This document shows positions 22,801 to 37,800 of a DNA stretch of 64,000 nucleotides, piece after piece. The DNA is taken from assembly GCA_965637545.1 (NCBI GenBank), contig OZ281495.1:22754001-22818000 (forward strand), read 5' to 3'. The DNA is from Phallusia mammillata. Lineage: Eukaryota. Position numbers and translations under genes: made by a program. The notes under the pieces are model-generated. The model made no database searches. It was given only the letters and a program-made list of their open reading frames with translations, and was not told the DNA's origin. The stretch's first letter is position 1; every line of letters begins with the position of its first letter.

Positions 22801-25800
22801 CTCGCATTTAAGTCCACGTTTATCGACAAACAACCCGCGCCAATGTAGTTATCTGGCCACACGTACTCCTGATGCAGGCGTGATAAGCTAAGCGAGAGCA
22901 TTCAAAGGCGTGTTGTGACCAAGGGGCACTTGCACTTATCGCGACCCTTTGCACCGATTCGAGTTACTCACTTTGCAAAACGACCACGATACGGCGAAGA
23001 TGAACATCATCCCACGGGTTCTCACGCATTAGAGCTGCTAGGATCGACTTTCCAGCGGCTACTTGCAAATTATGAATGCCTTGCCCTTAATCGGTTTCCG
23101 AGGCTCACGCAACGGGACTGCCACGTAACCCAAGCTCGATTAGTCTCGCATCAGGCGCGCCTTGGTCCTTTAGCACCAAGTTTGGAGGCAAAGGTGAAAC
23201 CACAGTGCAAGAAATACGGCAAGGCTACTATACGCTGTTTGCCCGCCAGGTTTCCTTCTAATCCATCACGCGCCTTAATTTTGTTTGTTGTTCCAAGTGG
23301 TTCCCGCGCACGGCCTGGAACGCGATCGCTCACCTGACAGACGCTAACCTACACTGTCACCAATACACACAGTTTATAAAACCGACTTCACCACTTAGGT
23401 CGTGCCCTAATGAGTACAAACCACAAATGCGCTAAAATCATATTTTTAGTTATGGCTAAAGAAATGCCTGTGGGACAAGGTTCACCTGGCCTGAAATACC
23501 GACATAATTTCACATTCGCCTGCCTTAGTAAAAAATCCTTCGTATGCCTTGGTTAGAATGCATAAATACTTGTCCATAAGCCTCGCAAGCTTCAACCTAC
23601 GAACAGACAATGAAGACGATTCGGTTTTACCACAAACACGAATCAAAAAAGGGACTTACGATTACCAAACAACTGAGTTACCAAATGTATGTACACTCAC
23701 GTGAACAACGAAACTTGAGTTTGTACTTTGCCAACGCTTTACCCTGTCAGCCTACGTCACGTGGCTATTGTTTGCTCACAAAGAATTGCGATGAGTCAGT
23801 GACCACGCTCGAGGGCGGGTCCTCGACGAGTTTGGGGGCACGATGGGGTGATTAACGCGATCATGTCCACAATGCGAAATAAAGCCCTGACCATAGTTCG
23901 CCATTTAGTCTGACTTTCCAAACGCAAAGGGCTTCTGTGGGATTTGCGAAACATAGCGACGAAATCCTGCAACAGACGTCGGGTTTCGGACAAAGGAAAG
24001 AAAAACAAACTAGGCTGTTTTATAGCGACGAATCGTTGAACGAGGGTTGCTGTGTTGCCGGGTGATTATGATCTTCAACAAAACAAACCTTTGTTTGACA
24101 TCCGGCCGTCTGACAATTAACGTATATTGTGATAAGGCTGAGGCCTAGTATTCGACCTTACCAGCGTAAACACGAGTGCAACTAATCACTGAAGCCGGGA
24201 CGTTAACAATAAATCCAAACACGAAGATGGGGCAAAATAGGATCTCAGCCCACCCTTATATGGAAAACACTCCATCTCAAGTCAACAAGCCTACAAATTA
24301 TAATAGCCTTGACCTAAAACTTCACCCTGCACGAAAAGCAAGACAGGCGAAGTTTGCTCAAGCGGGACGACAATTAAAGCTAAGGGACAAGCTTCTTGGA
24401 GCACTAAAAGTCGCATGTGGCAGATGGGAAAGGCTTGAGTGACAATGGTTCGGACGACGCGGGTCAAGTACATCTGCCACCTTTAGGGCAAGCGATCGCG
24501 CCTGATAAATCGTCTGAGGCAGGTGCAAGATTTCGCCAACACAAGGAATTGATTTACAGAATCTGTTAAGTTATCGTTTGTCGCGAAGACTCAAAGACTG
24601 AGGAGTTTAAGGTCTTTATACAGACAATGCATCGCAATAGCAGAGTGTAATTTGCTTCTGTTTGTATGTACACGACAAACTTAAACCTTGTGGGTGGCCC
24701 TACACTTTGGTTCCATTATTATACACTCTAAAACTGCTGGTGCAAAGCCAATACGTGCAAATACAAGGTATGAACACTTGTAGAACATTTCGCGTCTCGT
24801 ATTCAGGGTATGTTGTTATTTCTTGTGGTCGCGAGTTCACCAAGCATGCCAAGGTGTTTCGCACGCAAACAGGTCGGGCGAGGCGATGGAGAAAATCTTC
24901 GTTGTGCAAATCCGCATTTGCGGCGCACAGTCTTGCGGCGTGCGTCACAAGAAAGTGATGCGTCACCTTTATGCGTGCATCAGTATACGTCGCTGGTATA
25001 CGCAAAATAGCCCGCGGGATGCTAACAACCAATAAGACTCCGTGTGTCCACACCTCCAACACACCCGCGAAATATAAAACCCAAATCGGCTGAAAGCGGG
25101 TTTAATGAAGCACGGCCCTGACATTTATGGAAAATCGTGTTCGGGTTAACGGGCCCACAATGCCTGTGATGTTTCAGTTTTATGTTTCCGCCCAGCAGTA
25201 GTGCTTGAATAGTTGAGCAAGATTGCCGCATAAATGGGTTTATTTTTCGACCAAGTCAAGCGCAATGAACCGCGAAATAAACGCCACGACACGTGATATC
25301 TCGTTCCTCGTCACCTCCCTTTTGAATTTCATAAGGTTCGGTACCTGCTTTCATGCGACGGAGTTCACCTTTGGCCCGCTCGATAGTAACGACATGTTGT
25401 GTGCGCACGACATATGTGTAGCAAACGATGTTCAGACACACCCCAAATATTTCCAAAATACTATTGTATCCTGAAATTTTAACTCGCACAAAAACCTGTA
25501 CACTGTGACCAAAAATCCTGCACATTTTGACTGACAGTTTGTTCGCTTCATTCTAACTTGCCTTTTTTACTTAGCTGTGGAGCTTTCCACATGTGACAAA
25601 AAAGTAAAAAACTATTTACTTAACATGTGCATTTTTTTAAAAGCTTGAAAGTAACTGCAATGGTGTCTAAGAATTTTCGAAACAAGTCAACACACGCTGC
25701 GCCTGCAAAACACGTTTGGATCAAGAGATACATCTCTAACTTGTGTTTTATGCGGTACTTTTACTCCACTGTGTAGTTTTTACAAAGGTTTTTAGTTTCT

Positions 25801-28800
25801 ACCGTTGGCAAACTCACAAGCAAACAAATCTGGGCCAATTTCACTCCTGTCCGGCCGCGATAATCTGCCACAAAACAAAACCAACAATCTCAACGTCAAA
25901 CACGAACGACCGATAACTTTTCCATCAGGCCCAAGTGCTTTCGCAAATAAGAATCGCGCTGATTAACGCGGAACTAAAATAGAGTCGCAAACAGAACAAA
26001 ATCAACAAATCATTTTCACACCCTTTCATCAGAGCATGGGAACTGCACAATGAACGGCTTTGTTTTAAAGCCATGTTAACTGTTGAAAACACTGCTGAGA
26101 CGAAGTTTACACAAGCGTTTTACCAACGACCACTCTATAGGTTGTATGAACCATTGGTGTTACGCTAAGGCCCAAATGTCCAGCCTTTTGATGTGAGTGG
26201 TCAAGCCCACGTAGCGTGGCCACTTGGACTGGGCTTTGGTTCTGAATCGACTTCGTTTTGTGATTCTAGCAATGATTCAGATGGATGTCGATGCTGGGAA
26301 ATACAAACAACGAGCTTGGTTGTAAAACCACCACCGCCTGCTGAGTTAAACGTACATTTTGATTGTCTGGGTGAATTCGTCATCCCAGGGCCTTTGTCCG
26401 TTTGAGTTGGTTTACGTTGCGGAAAGGAGTCCAGCACGCGACAGACTGTGTTCTATATCGCGTTTCTGTCTTAGGTTAATACAGCCTTGTGAAATGTTAT
26501 ACCTCCCTGCACACTTATGAGTCAGTCTGGCCATAAATACGGTCGTTTCGGGTGATGTAATTGACAAACCAGTGATAAAAATGCCTCAGTATATTACTAA
26601 CTTCTGTAAGATCCTACCTACGTCTTGTACCCAAGAACACAGCTCGTCACTACTTGTTTTTTCCGTCATATCCATATTCTTTGCTGGAGTGCCTCACAAA
26701 ACATTGATGGATAACTACGTTTGCTTGACTTTCTACTCATAGTAAACCTCATACCACACCTTTAGGCACATTAGTTTCAAACAGTAATATCTTCATTAAT
26801 TAAAATCCTGTCGTTCCTTTTTAACTAAAATCCTGGAACTATCTGTTTATGAAAGGAAATTTATTATGTGAAACACGGAAGCTATAAACTGTTACAACGT
26901 ACAGCCAAAAGGTTATGCAAACAAGAAGTCGCCTCAAAAATTCGAAACCCCTTTCTGTGTTTGCCTGTCTGATCGACAATGAAACGGCCCCGGTACAAAA
27001 ACGGTTCGTCGAAGGCATGAAAAACCTGGGTGACAATTTGATGCAACCACCGCTCTTTCACACAATAGGCAGGAATGCCAAAGAATGTAAAGTCCCGTGA
27101 TTGCGCCATTCATCGCGTTTGCATTAAATTCGTCACACCAGGTTAGCTCTATTGGCGAGAAACAATCGTGGCTTTTCATGGTAGACCATTTTTACAGCAA
27201 AGTTTTATACAAACAAAGAGTTTATCTAGTGAAAGTAAATCTTTGTGCTGATCCTTTTGTTTTACTAAACGACACTTAATTGTTTAATGTTTGTTTGGAA
27301 ATATTTACTCACATTAAAGCAAGAACATATAGTACTTAAGAGTTGTTCGGTACCAAATCACAAATCATGACTAAAAATTCTATAGCACCAAGTTGATGTA
27401 CTGTGCATATTCACACATAATAAATGATAGCCAATCAGAAAATATACTTATTGAACAGTAAATTTCCTTAAAAAATCAACTTTTGATTTACTATCCATGA
27501 AGATAATTAAATCACGTGTATGTTTGCTACATAGCTGACATTGATAGCTAATAGGCTGCTGGGGAAAAGCGGCGGACCATTATGCATAATCTTTGTAGTT
27601 GCCCTCTAACAGCAGTGTGGAGTATCAGTGAAGCAGTTACTCACAAGTGCTCTCTACATCACTCATGAGGCCAGGAGAAACTGCGGACGGCTATCGCAGT
27701 TACGTCACGGTCATTTTTGGATCTGTTGTTTGAAGTGTCCAAGTGTGTCCAGTAACACTTCAACTGACATGTCACCAGTGGTTAATTGAAGCATGCTCTG
27801 ATGTCAAATCAGCGAATACAAACAAGTAAACGTTCTCTTGAAGGACCGTAGGCTGATAAGTTGGTTTAAGTGCGATATAAACAGTGAATCACCGAAAAAT
27901 CGAGGGGATTTTGTCATGGTTGGAGCAAACAGGGACAATAAACTACTTTGGCGCTTAGAATATTATCCTTGAGCTCCGCGGGTGAACATCAAACAGAATT
28001 AAGCTCCACAAACAGTCACTTACTGTGCGTGAAATCTGCTTGGTCGTCAGCGTTGTTGGTATTCCCAGTATCCCGTCGAACGATCAGACAAGTCAGATAA
28101 ATGTGAGAAAATTTCACAGAATAGTCAACCCTACTGAGTTTTCCTACAGTTCAGTAAAGCACTAAAACAAACAATCTAAAGAAAACACCAAAACATAAAT
28201 AGTCTTACACAAGCACTAAGTAAAGCTCTTCACTCTGGCGTAATAAGGATTTTCTCATTAGTCCCAACCAGTATATCGGTAAACAATATGCTAATTAGTT
28301 ACACGTGTAGACGTAAACCTGGTGCAACCTGTTGCGTTTTACGATGAGCGATGATCGAGAAAACGCAGCTTGCGGAGGAAAACAGAATCCAGTCTGACAT
28401 TTGCATAAAAATGAATCATTGCTTCTTCCCTGAACTTGAAGACGATTACAGACCACTATAAGCAAATAATGTGGCTGATTTGCACCATAACTTTCAAGTT
28501 GACACGAAATGAACTTGTCAATATAACTGTTTATGAGGTTATACTTCTTCGCAAGTTTAGACGTAAGCTCTGAATGCACAAGCATAAACAGATAGCGATT
28601 TAAAAGAAATAACTGTACCAGCTAATATCTGACATAAAATCGACACCAGTACAACAAATAGTTAACTTTTTAGTACTACAACAATAGCAACTACAAACGT
28701 CTTTTCACATTGACGATCTGACTTCAAACTAAAATCCATTGTAGGCTGACGATATTGATTTGTTTCATTACTCTTAACGCAGTAAAACACATATGACTAC

Positions 28801-31800
28801 GTTAGACAATCTAACAATACAAATAGCCGATGTTCAATGCAGCTTACTGTAGCAAAAACTGCCTGAGATAACGACAACACCGCGTCAATCGCAATTAACA
28901 GTTAACGACCCACTTAAGCATGAAGATAAAGGCGTTGATGGCTTGTGCAAGATACAGTAGCTGCTATTTGATGTCATGGTCAGCTGTGCGCGGGTAAATT
29001 AACTGCGGGCAATTAATTCTACCCTATGTCCTCCAGCTGTTTTAACGCACTGATTTAACTATAGAGTCAGCGAAGCGCATAGATTTACTCTGTTGCAAAG
29101 TTCTGTTAAGCATTGTAGCTGCATTGTAAAAAATGATCGCTATTCGTACTGTTGTTGGGTCAATTCCCAATGCGGTGAACAATTTTCGACACGGTACATA
29201 CCAAAACAGAGCAAGAAACGTAAAGAAAACAATCAATATGCTCGAACATAATCTGTCTGTATGCAAATGAAAACCAAGCGCTTTGGCAAGAACGTTTATC
29301 ATCCAATCGTTTGAAACGGTTTGATACAAAAAAAGCTTACAAAATCAACAGCTCTCGTCAAATGAAAACGCTTGGAGACGATTTAATACATTTTGAACAA
29401 CTACAACGCTCGCCAAAAACGCTTAACCCGTACGTTTACATAACCAATTCTTAACGCCAATAAAGACGCATACCAGAAATTACGACGAGCGTTTTAATTA
29501 CCACCATAAAACTTCAATGACATACTATATAGCGAAACTCCAAGGCTAATGCCCGATTCATTATCACGAGATTTACATTTAAAGTGTCAAGGATCGATGA
29601 ACTTTGACCTCGCACGCTTCGATAATCTTCCAACAAATGTTGAAGCTTAACATTTCGAACGTAACCCGACAACTGGGTAGTAGACTCGAAGCGGACTTGA
29701 TAGCATAAAAAAAACAAGTATTGTGTCTTTGACTTGAGTTACGAAATGATGTTATGTGCTGTTAAACCAATAATCTGATCCTGTAATCTACATTCCGCCA
29801 ACCACTCTATTCGACGCTCTGTATCTTGAAACGACCTGCAGTCTTTGATAAGTTACTGGTAAATAGACTTATGCTGTCGAACATCGTGTTTTGAAATCAA
29901 AGCGATATGAGCAGCAGTCTCGTGTGTCCGGAAATGCTTACTCGATGTACGCGACGGTGCGCGACAATTTACATTTCCTTAGCTCGGTTGGCAAAAGCAC
30001 GAAGTTGTATAAATCCTCTTAAGCGCGCGGGCCAGCAGTTCACTGCGCTGCTTCGTGGGCTAATACACTTCAAAGACATACAAAAAGCATTAGCGAATTC
30101 GGACTCATAGCTGCACGACGACTAGCAGCATCACGCGCTGTACTATAAGTTCGCGTTTAAAATCCGATTAAACGGAACTGTGGCACGCTGGAGCTCTTTA
30201 GAAGGTCGCGCGGCGCACTTGAATGCTGAACTTGTAGCTCGTAACGACACAAAAACACATTCTCACTGGATGTCGCCGAAAGAAAAGCTTGACAAGTAGT
30301 CATTACTAGGGCGTTGCACAAAGGCCTGTACTTTGCTAAGCAGGGGTACTCACACGCAAGATCTCTCCACTGAATTGCGGCGCATACCAACTGGGAGCGT
30401 AGTGTAAAGGACCGCAAATCCGACCGTTATTGTGACTTAAGGGAATTGGCGAAATAGTCATTTGCGCAAACACAAAAAGTAATGGAACACTGGTAGACTG
30501 ACGTCAAACCGACCAAGTATACAGTGTTCGTGACATAACGAGCACGGGTTCCAACCTGCGGTAACAAATGAGTCAACTATTAAGAACTTCTAATGCACAA
30601 CGAAAACTGGAATAAAAAACCCCTGAAAATTGAAGGTTTTTGAAAATGTTATACCAAAAAAGCAATATCCAGTTCCTCTGGGAAAACGAATCTGTAACAC
30701 AAGGATCCTGCTTCTTGTAAAGATCCACTAATGCAGTTATGAAACGACAATATCCTGTCACATTATGAAACTGTTTCTTTATGTCTCTTCTTTCACTACA
30801 GAGCTGGTATATAGACCCTCAATTTGATATCCTATCACATGCACACAAGTCTCACAGCTAGGTTTGCTCATTCGTACTTCCAATTTCGTATATATTCTTC
30901 GCTATATTGCAATACAGCATGTTCCCATTGCTTTCAACTTTACACTTACTCTCCAAAGTGGCTTCTCTCACAGCAGTTGGGCTGCAGCAAAGACCCACTA
31001 GCTGTGGTAAGCCGACTGTCGACTACTGCGAGCGTTCATTGCGAATGCTAATTACGAATGAAAGACGGCGGGATGCGGCGAAACGCAAACAGAGCAACGT
31101 CGTCGCACGCAAGTACGAAGCACAGTGGGCTAACCGGTCACGTGACGTGCAACCGCAGAGCAGATCACGTGATCCGTGCAATCAGAATTCATATTGCAAT
31201 GTGTTCATCTCGTATGCTAAAGGAATATTTAGGGTGTTGTTTTCTCCTTAAGTGTGACAATATACCACAATTTCACATTGTTGACAAATAAGCAGCTTTA
31301 TTCTATTCACGTACGGCGGTAGCAATTTTCGATCCTTCAATTTTATAATGCGTAACGACGGTTGAAAAAAGGCAAATGAGCATTTGAAATTCCAAGAGGC
31401 CCATATTAAGTTAAGTTCACGCAAACGGAACAAAAACGCCTTTGTCGTTCCGCTTTATCGCCAACAAACAAAGGCAAAGTGAAGTTATGCCGTTTGGTAT
31501 TTTGATTCAATTGCTTTTCTAAATTTACCCCTGTAAACAGGATTGTCACGCCTCCAAAGCGTTATTATCCAGTTGTTACGCAACAAGTAGTCTATAACGC
31601 AGACACGTTCATTCACAGGACAAGGCGTTAACGCACCTTCAGCAAATATGCCCTTTGGAATATTGTGGAAGTAGGGAGAAGTGCGATCGGTACAACGAAT
31701 ATTTTCACGCGTTAGGCAGTCATGGTAGGTTATGTGGCGATTTGATTTACTGTCTTTTGTATGCCTTTGATGTGATCGATCTACAAAGTCACCTCTGTAG

Positions 31801-34800
31801 GTTAATGAAACGCGTGATTTGGGCTATTCTTTTAAACCAGTCGAGTCAGCTTCCAAATAAAATCGGTACTGGTAAATACAAATTTTAACAAATAGGTGAT
31901 TTTTCAAATCATGATTTTTCTTGACACGTCGACCACCATGGCAGTTTTAGACAAGAATTTGTTGCTCAAGGGTGAGGTTATTTGCACACAATGATACACA
32001 TACGAATAAATCGTTTCACTTCAATACCACTATGAACCATTTCGTCTTAAAATTTATAAAGATGTTTTGACAAATTCTGAGGCTTTCTGAATCACCTAAA
32101 CAAGTTCCAAAAAAATCGCAACACGAAAAACAACATATCCAGTAATTTATGCAAGTATATCTGCAATAGTAAGTAAAAGAGTCGGCATGTATAGTTTGTT
32201 TCTGAAACTTGGGGCTAAGTTGGAAACAGTAAGCCATTATCAGCCCGTCTTGTTTGACAAGTCTATTAGCTGTGTTAACGGCAAATACACACTTCTCATT
32301 TCCCCTCATGTATGTCATCAAATAGGGGTATTACTGAATGACTCAGGTCCGTTCAAACACGCACACGTTACCACTCAACAAACTCAACAGCCTCGGTCAC
32401 TGAAATTCCCTCAAAAACATTCCGCTTAGACGTATTTCAGCTGTTCAATCGACGATTTGTGTACCCTGCGAATAAAGCGGAATGGCTGAAGCCAAGTCAT
32501 CCGTTAAACCCAGCTCATTTATTTTATTTCTGACTTCCAGTTTGTCTTCAGCACGCGCTGTATATATTACATATGGCAGTAATACCTGGGCGAGAAGCAA
32601 GATTAATGTACGGGTTTGCTGAAGGCTTACTGACCGGCTTTGGGCGCGAAAATATTGATGTGCGAAGGGTTTTCGGCGCTGCTTGGGCAAACAGAGCATT
32701 ATTGGCCCTCGGATTGAGACTGCAATCGCTCCTCAACAAACCGCGCAGTTATATCTAAAATTCTGACCCTCAAAAACTGACTTACTCAATCAACACAACA
32801 GGCTAAAGATAAGTCAAAACTGAATGCGTGTGGCGCTGTAGCATTAACCCGAGATAACCACTTATGTGCAGTCCGCTTAGCGATTTAATCCAATAAACAC
32901 GCCTCCGGTGCAACGCTTCATAAACTGCGAAACTCACTCAGCGACAGGACCGACAACAAAAAGTGACCCGTTTCTGGGACTCGTCGCTATTATTCAACGG
33001 CGCTACGAATAGGTCAAAAGCCTCAATTCGATACATGACCTCGCGGCGAGTGTGTTGTCAATTTGCTAATTGAAAGGATTCGCCGCCCTGTAGCCGTTTT
33101 CCCAAGCGATCGGCTGTCAGTGAAAATTTTCCGCATCGCAATGTACACCGGGGCTCGGAAGAATGTTGATTGCGCGTTTGTCAATTGCTTCTGGGACCGC
33201 AACAGACCGAGATTGCCATTAGCGCTGTGGGAAACCCGACGAAAGGCGTGCATTAAAGTGATAAGATATGCACTTTATTGCATTATTAAGTGTGTTGTTG
33301 CACCGCAAGAAACCGGAATCACGAAAATAGATACATCAGCACCATACAAACATACACTTTCTGTTTGGTGGTTAAGTTGTTCTCAATCCTAATGATCAAT
33401 TGCAGTAAACAGAAATCGTCAACAACAGGACAATATATCAAACACGATAGTTCAAAACTATACGAAAGTCGTAGTCTTGACGTTATCGTCGCTTTGCCTG
33501 TCGTGCTATTTGTGTGACATTGTAACAACGCCAGTGGCTGCTTTGTGTTGGCCTTGCGAAAAAGAAGAGATGTAATATTTCACGGCCTATCTCCTCCGTT
33601 GTGAGGCGACGATAGAAATGGTAAAGCATCAAAGATGGTGGCTGTAATTTCACGTAAAGAAGTATACCAGCACGTAAATCGCATCGACGCAAAAACCGCA
33701 TCAGCATACCAATACGGGCAAGCAAAGGGGTCTAAAAATATCAATATTTACAACTTAAGCACTTTTCGTATTATGAAGCTATGGAGAAGGAAATTGCGTA
33801 TGGGCGGGGTCAGAAAAAAGTCCATCTAAAATTTGCCCAACTGGAAAGTTGAGGTACTTAGGGTGTTTTAGTTTATGCCGGTAAAGCGCTTTGACACGCG
33901 AAAGCAGGATTACGATTAGTGCAACTAGTCACAACACTGAACACCTGGCGTGAGGTTTCGGTCGAGCTGTCAATCATAAAGTAATTGGAATCACAGAGCC
34001 TCATGAGGCAAAAAATGAGTTTTACATGTGTTTACTCCATATCACAAAACACAAAATTTATACTACAAGAGACATCAACATTATGTAAGTAAAAAGCTGT
34101 GACCGTGGAAACGGTTTCCGATCCCATCTACCAGCAACGTCCAAATGTTTATCATTATTAGTTGCCACATGCAAAAGTTTACCAACAGTCGATAAACACT
34201 TTCATGTTAATCCAGCAACACAGCGATTATCTGAGAAAAACGGAGACTACAAAGAATGCTTCCAAATTTTTCGTCAAGGATTGACTCGTCACTCAACAAA
34301 CAAGATAGCTACCAGAGAAAGTGGGGTTATACGAGGGCGTGTGAATTTTTCCCCTGTCTGATGGACTCTGGTCGATTAACATGCAATTGACAAAGCACTG
34401 CAGCTTTGAAGCATCTTTTGCGACCCGCCATGTCATAAATCTTTCCAAAACGGCTGTGGGCCTCCCGCAGTAGATAGACCGATTCTCGCGTTGCAAAGTT
34501 TACGCGTCGCTCAAAACCCAATTATCGGACTCCAAACATTGTGACGTCACTCCCCGTCACAACACAGCGCCACATGCCGTCGCTGCGAAATCCGATTGGA
34601 CACTTGCATGCAAAAGTTCAGACGTATTTTTCGCGGAACATTTACAGAGAATCTGCTGATGTCCGTGATTCGGTCTCTTTAGCTCTGAATAAGACGAGCA
34701 GACATTGGGAGTTTCCGCGAAGGATTAATGCGCTTTAGGTGTTCGCGACAACAAACTAAGGGATTAAATGCGCTGGAACTTGCCCGCGCGACGCTTGTGT

Positions 34801-37800
34801 CTTGGTTGCACTGGTAGTTGCAGAATTCTGCAAAACCGAACAACTAAACACAGTTAATAGTGTCTGTTGGTGTTGTCCAAACTTTGTAAATTAAGATGTA
34901 TGCAAGAATTTGACAAGTTTTTCCAAAATGCATGGACTGCAAGCGGGTTTGTTTGCGCTGGTGTAAAACGTCTCAAAAAAAAAACGTTTCGGGCTCACAA
35001 CAAAATGACTTCAAATCTGGAAACACACCACCTTCTCACTCCACACCGAACCTTCGTAAAAATAAACGCCTGGAACTTTGGGAAATCTCAAGGCTGATCC
35101 CAAAATCCTCGGACTAGATTTTCTCCTATTGCTGTAACTATTTTTACAAAACACACTGATGCATTAAGGCTTCCTGCGGCATCGACAGCTATCGACGTTA
35201 GGTGACCCGGTTGTAGTTTCGACACGAACCTGAAATCGACGCCCAATGCGCCGTAAAAATAGATCGTAAAGACGCACGAAAATAACGTGTAATCGTAGGC
35301 ACGGTCATGGAACGGTGGATGACAAAACCACGTTCATTATGCGTCAATCTGCTGTGACAGGCCTTGTTTAACAACACCGACTTGTCACAGTTATTTAGAG
35401 GCTAGGGAAATTTAGAAAGTATTTACACTGTCATATGACTTGCGTGATTCGTAGAAATAGATATTGCACCATATTGTCTTAAGGGTTGGTGTAAAAAGTC
35501 AACAACAAAATTATGCAATAATCCAGTAATAGCACACAATTTAAAATTTTAACAGCCGAGCAATAACACAATACCTTTTTGTAGGGAAATTTCTTTCAAG
35601 AACGAAATATTGCTGTATCACTTGAGTATTTTTGAATTATGTGTTTGAAATAAACTGGGATTTTTTTATATTTAAATCAAGTTAACGTAATGATTAATAC
35701 ATAATCTCTTACAGCATCCGGTGAGAACAGTTGTTTTCTTTAAAAGTATCTTTTGGCATCACCTCGAGTGGGACACATCAAAGACGACAGACAATCTAGA
35801 ACGCTTTTAATCTGGACATCAGTTAGTAGCCAGTCAGTCGGTAATGCTGTGTGATATACTATACCCGTCCCTTCAAGTTACCAAAGTACTTGAAAACCGC
35901 TTTCATCGAGGCCTGCATATTGCGGTCACTTATTTCAAGCAAACTGTGGCGAGTGACCGATCTCGCGGGAATTGGAACGCTCAAACTGCGTTTGTTCGCA
36001 TCAGCTTGCGGCTGTGCAGATTTTTCCGGGACCGCCACAGAAATTCTTTACGCCGGAATAAGGCCAACTTTTTGCCGGCACAACACACACGAGGTTGAGC
36101 GTTTCTCCAACGGTATTTGTAGACCACGAATTGAAGTTTTGTTTGATGCTGTCGTGTCGCATACACGACGTTTTAAAGTACAGTGCGCTATGTGTTGGTG
36201 GGAAATGAATTTCTCCTGCATGAAAGTGATATTAATCAGTTACCTATAGCTGACAGCCCAACCCAGCAACGACAGCAAACGACCGACTGCCTTTTACCAC
36301 GACAACAACCCGCCAAGGCCATGAATGAAGTTCAAAGGGATTACATCCGTTACTTTTCTGTCAAAATAAATTGGAATGCGAAAACAAACCCACCTATACT
36401 GCATATAGGCAGCAAGAACTTGGTAAACAAGTCAACATCCCTGCTATGTAAACCCCTGTGACACAGAACGTATAGAAGTTTTTGACAAACGTGTTAATGA
36501 TGTCTTTTCTCAAAACAGGAATATTTTCTTTTGCCGGCACAACAATGTTTTTCAATCCAAAGTAAAACTTGCAAACAGAATGAAGGTGTATGTCAGTGGA
36601 TTACTGCCAAGAGCGCGGATGATGAAGATATTGAGGCAATTTACCAAAGCAATTCAGCATAGTTACGCGCGTTCAGTCCAAACATGGCAAGGTTTTGACC
36701 TTCAACAGCAAAAACATGGTTGTTGCAAATCCACTCATCGTGCCAGGTTTACCGACCCACGAAGAAGTGCAACACTATTAATCATCCTTCCACTTGAAGC
36801 CCAACAACAAGCCTTCAAGCCGAATCCATGCAACGGCCATGCTGCGGGTAAAGAGAAAATACACTTTGCCAATCGCGGGCCAATTAAATCCAGCTTATGC
36901 TGAAAAGGAGCAGTCAAAACGCGCTCAATTATCCGTCGTTGGCAGCGAGCACGGGTGTAGAGCGTGGTGATTTGTGACCAGGTGGAAGTAATGAAGCAAT
37001 ACCGCGCTCCCCTTTGCAAACAAGGGCCTCAATCACCATAGTTACGCAGTTACGTCGTTACGTCGTTATTTTGCGACAACGGGACGTAATTACCAAGCAA
37101 AATGAACTGCGTTGATCTGTGGGGCAACTCGGGTCGAAGGCTTGATTGTTTCAGAAAGAAAGTAGCTTCCCCATTCACGCCGCCATAGACATATTTCATT
37201 GCACTTATAAATCAGTTCAACATGGTGATCGAAATGAGTCCAAATTTGGGACGAAGCTTACAGTATAAATTGTGTAAGTTCGGTAAAATCAAACCAACAT
37301 GGAACCAAACCAACCAACAATATAAGGGCAGGCAGACGTTAAGGCTGGAGACGACAAAAAAACAAATTGGGCTTAAATTTGTTGAAATTTGAAGTCACAA
37401 GACAACAAAAGCATGTAAACCGGGCTTATATTAAAGAGGACCTTTGGGTAAATCAACTTTATTCCCGTACAAATCATGTTAGACCGATTGATTTTATCTG
37501 ACATAATACCGCAGTGGCCAGGCTAAATATAACTTCAAACGGCAACTCAAGTCAAAATAGGGCTTTTCAATAGTAGAGCAGCTCGCAAGAGTTAACCCGT
37601 CAGTTGACACAAGGCCCGACATTGGGAAAACATTTCCGAAACATCGACCAGGAAGTAAGGGACAGATCTGACAATGGGCGCAACACGGCGTCTCGACACA
37701 CGCGGCACCACTTTGCACAGTAATCCCTATCTCAACAGGCAAACACAGCCGGGAGATGGGACTTAATCCCGCGGCGACCGACCAAGGAAGTTTCGTTAGG

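Noticed and set aside
26012-26035. Other CTGATGA/CTGACGA...GAAA matches (here and near 50405-50425)
   Set aside because: No stem II or stem I pairing, so they are not hammerhead folds.
27645-27680. Possible 36-nt phase 1-1 microexon ([12 protein letters not shown])
   Set aside because: The donor is good but the acceptor has almost no pyrimidine tract. This is within chance expectation for a 21-kb intron.
29042-29329. 95-aa ORF with a hydrophobic, TM-like stretch
   Set aside because: T-rich intronic DNA readily yields hydrophobic ORFs. There is no homology or splice support.
33063-33392. ORF containing IAMYTGAR, resembling the tyrosine-recombinase TGxR motif
   Set aside because: It lacks the following xxEL segment and the HxxR/Y motifs, is too short, and has no element ends.
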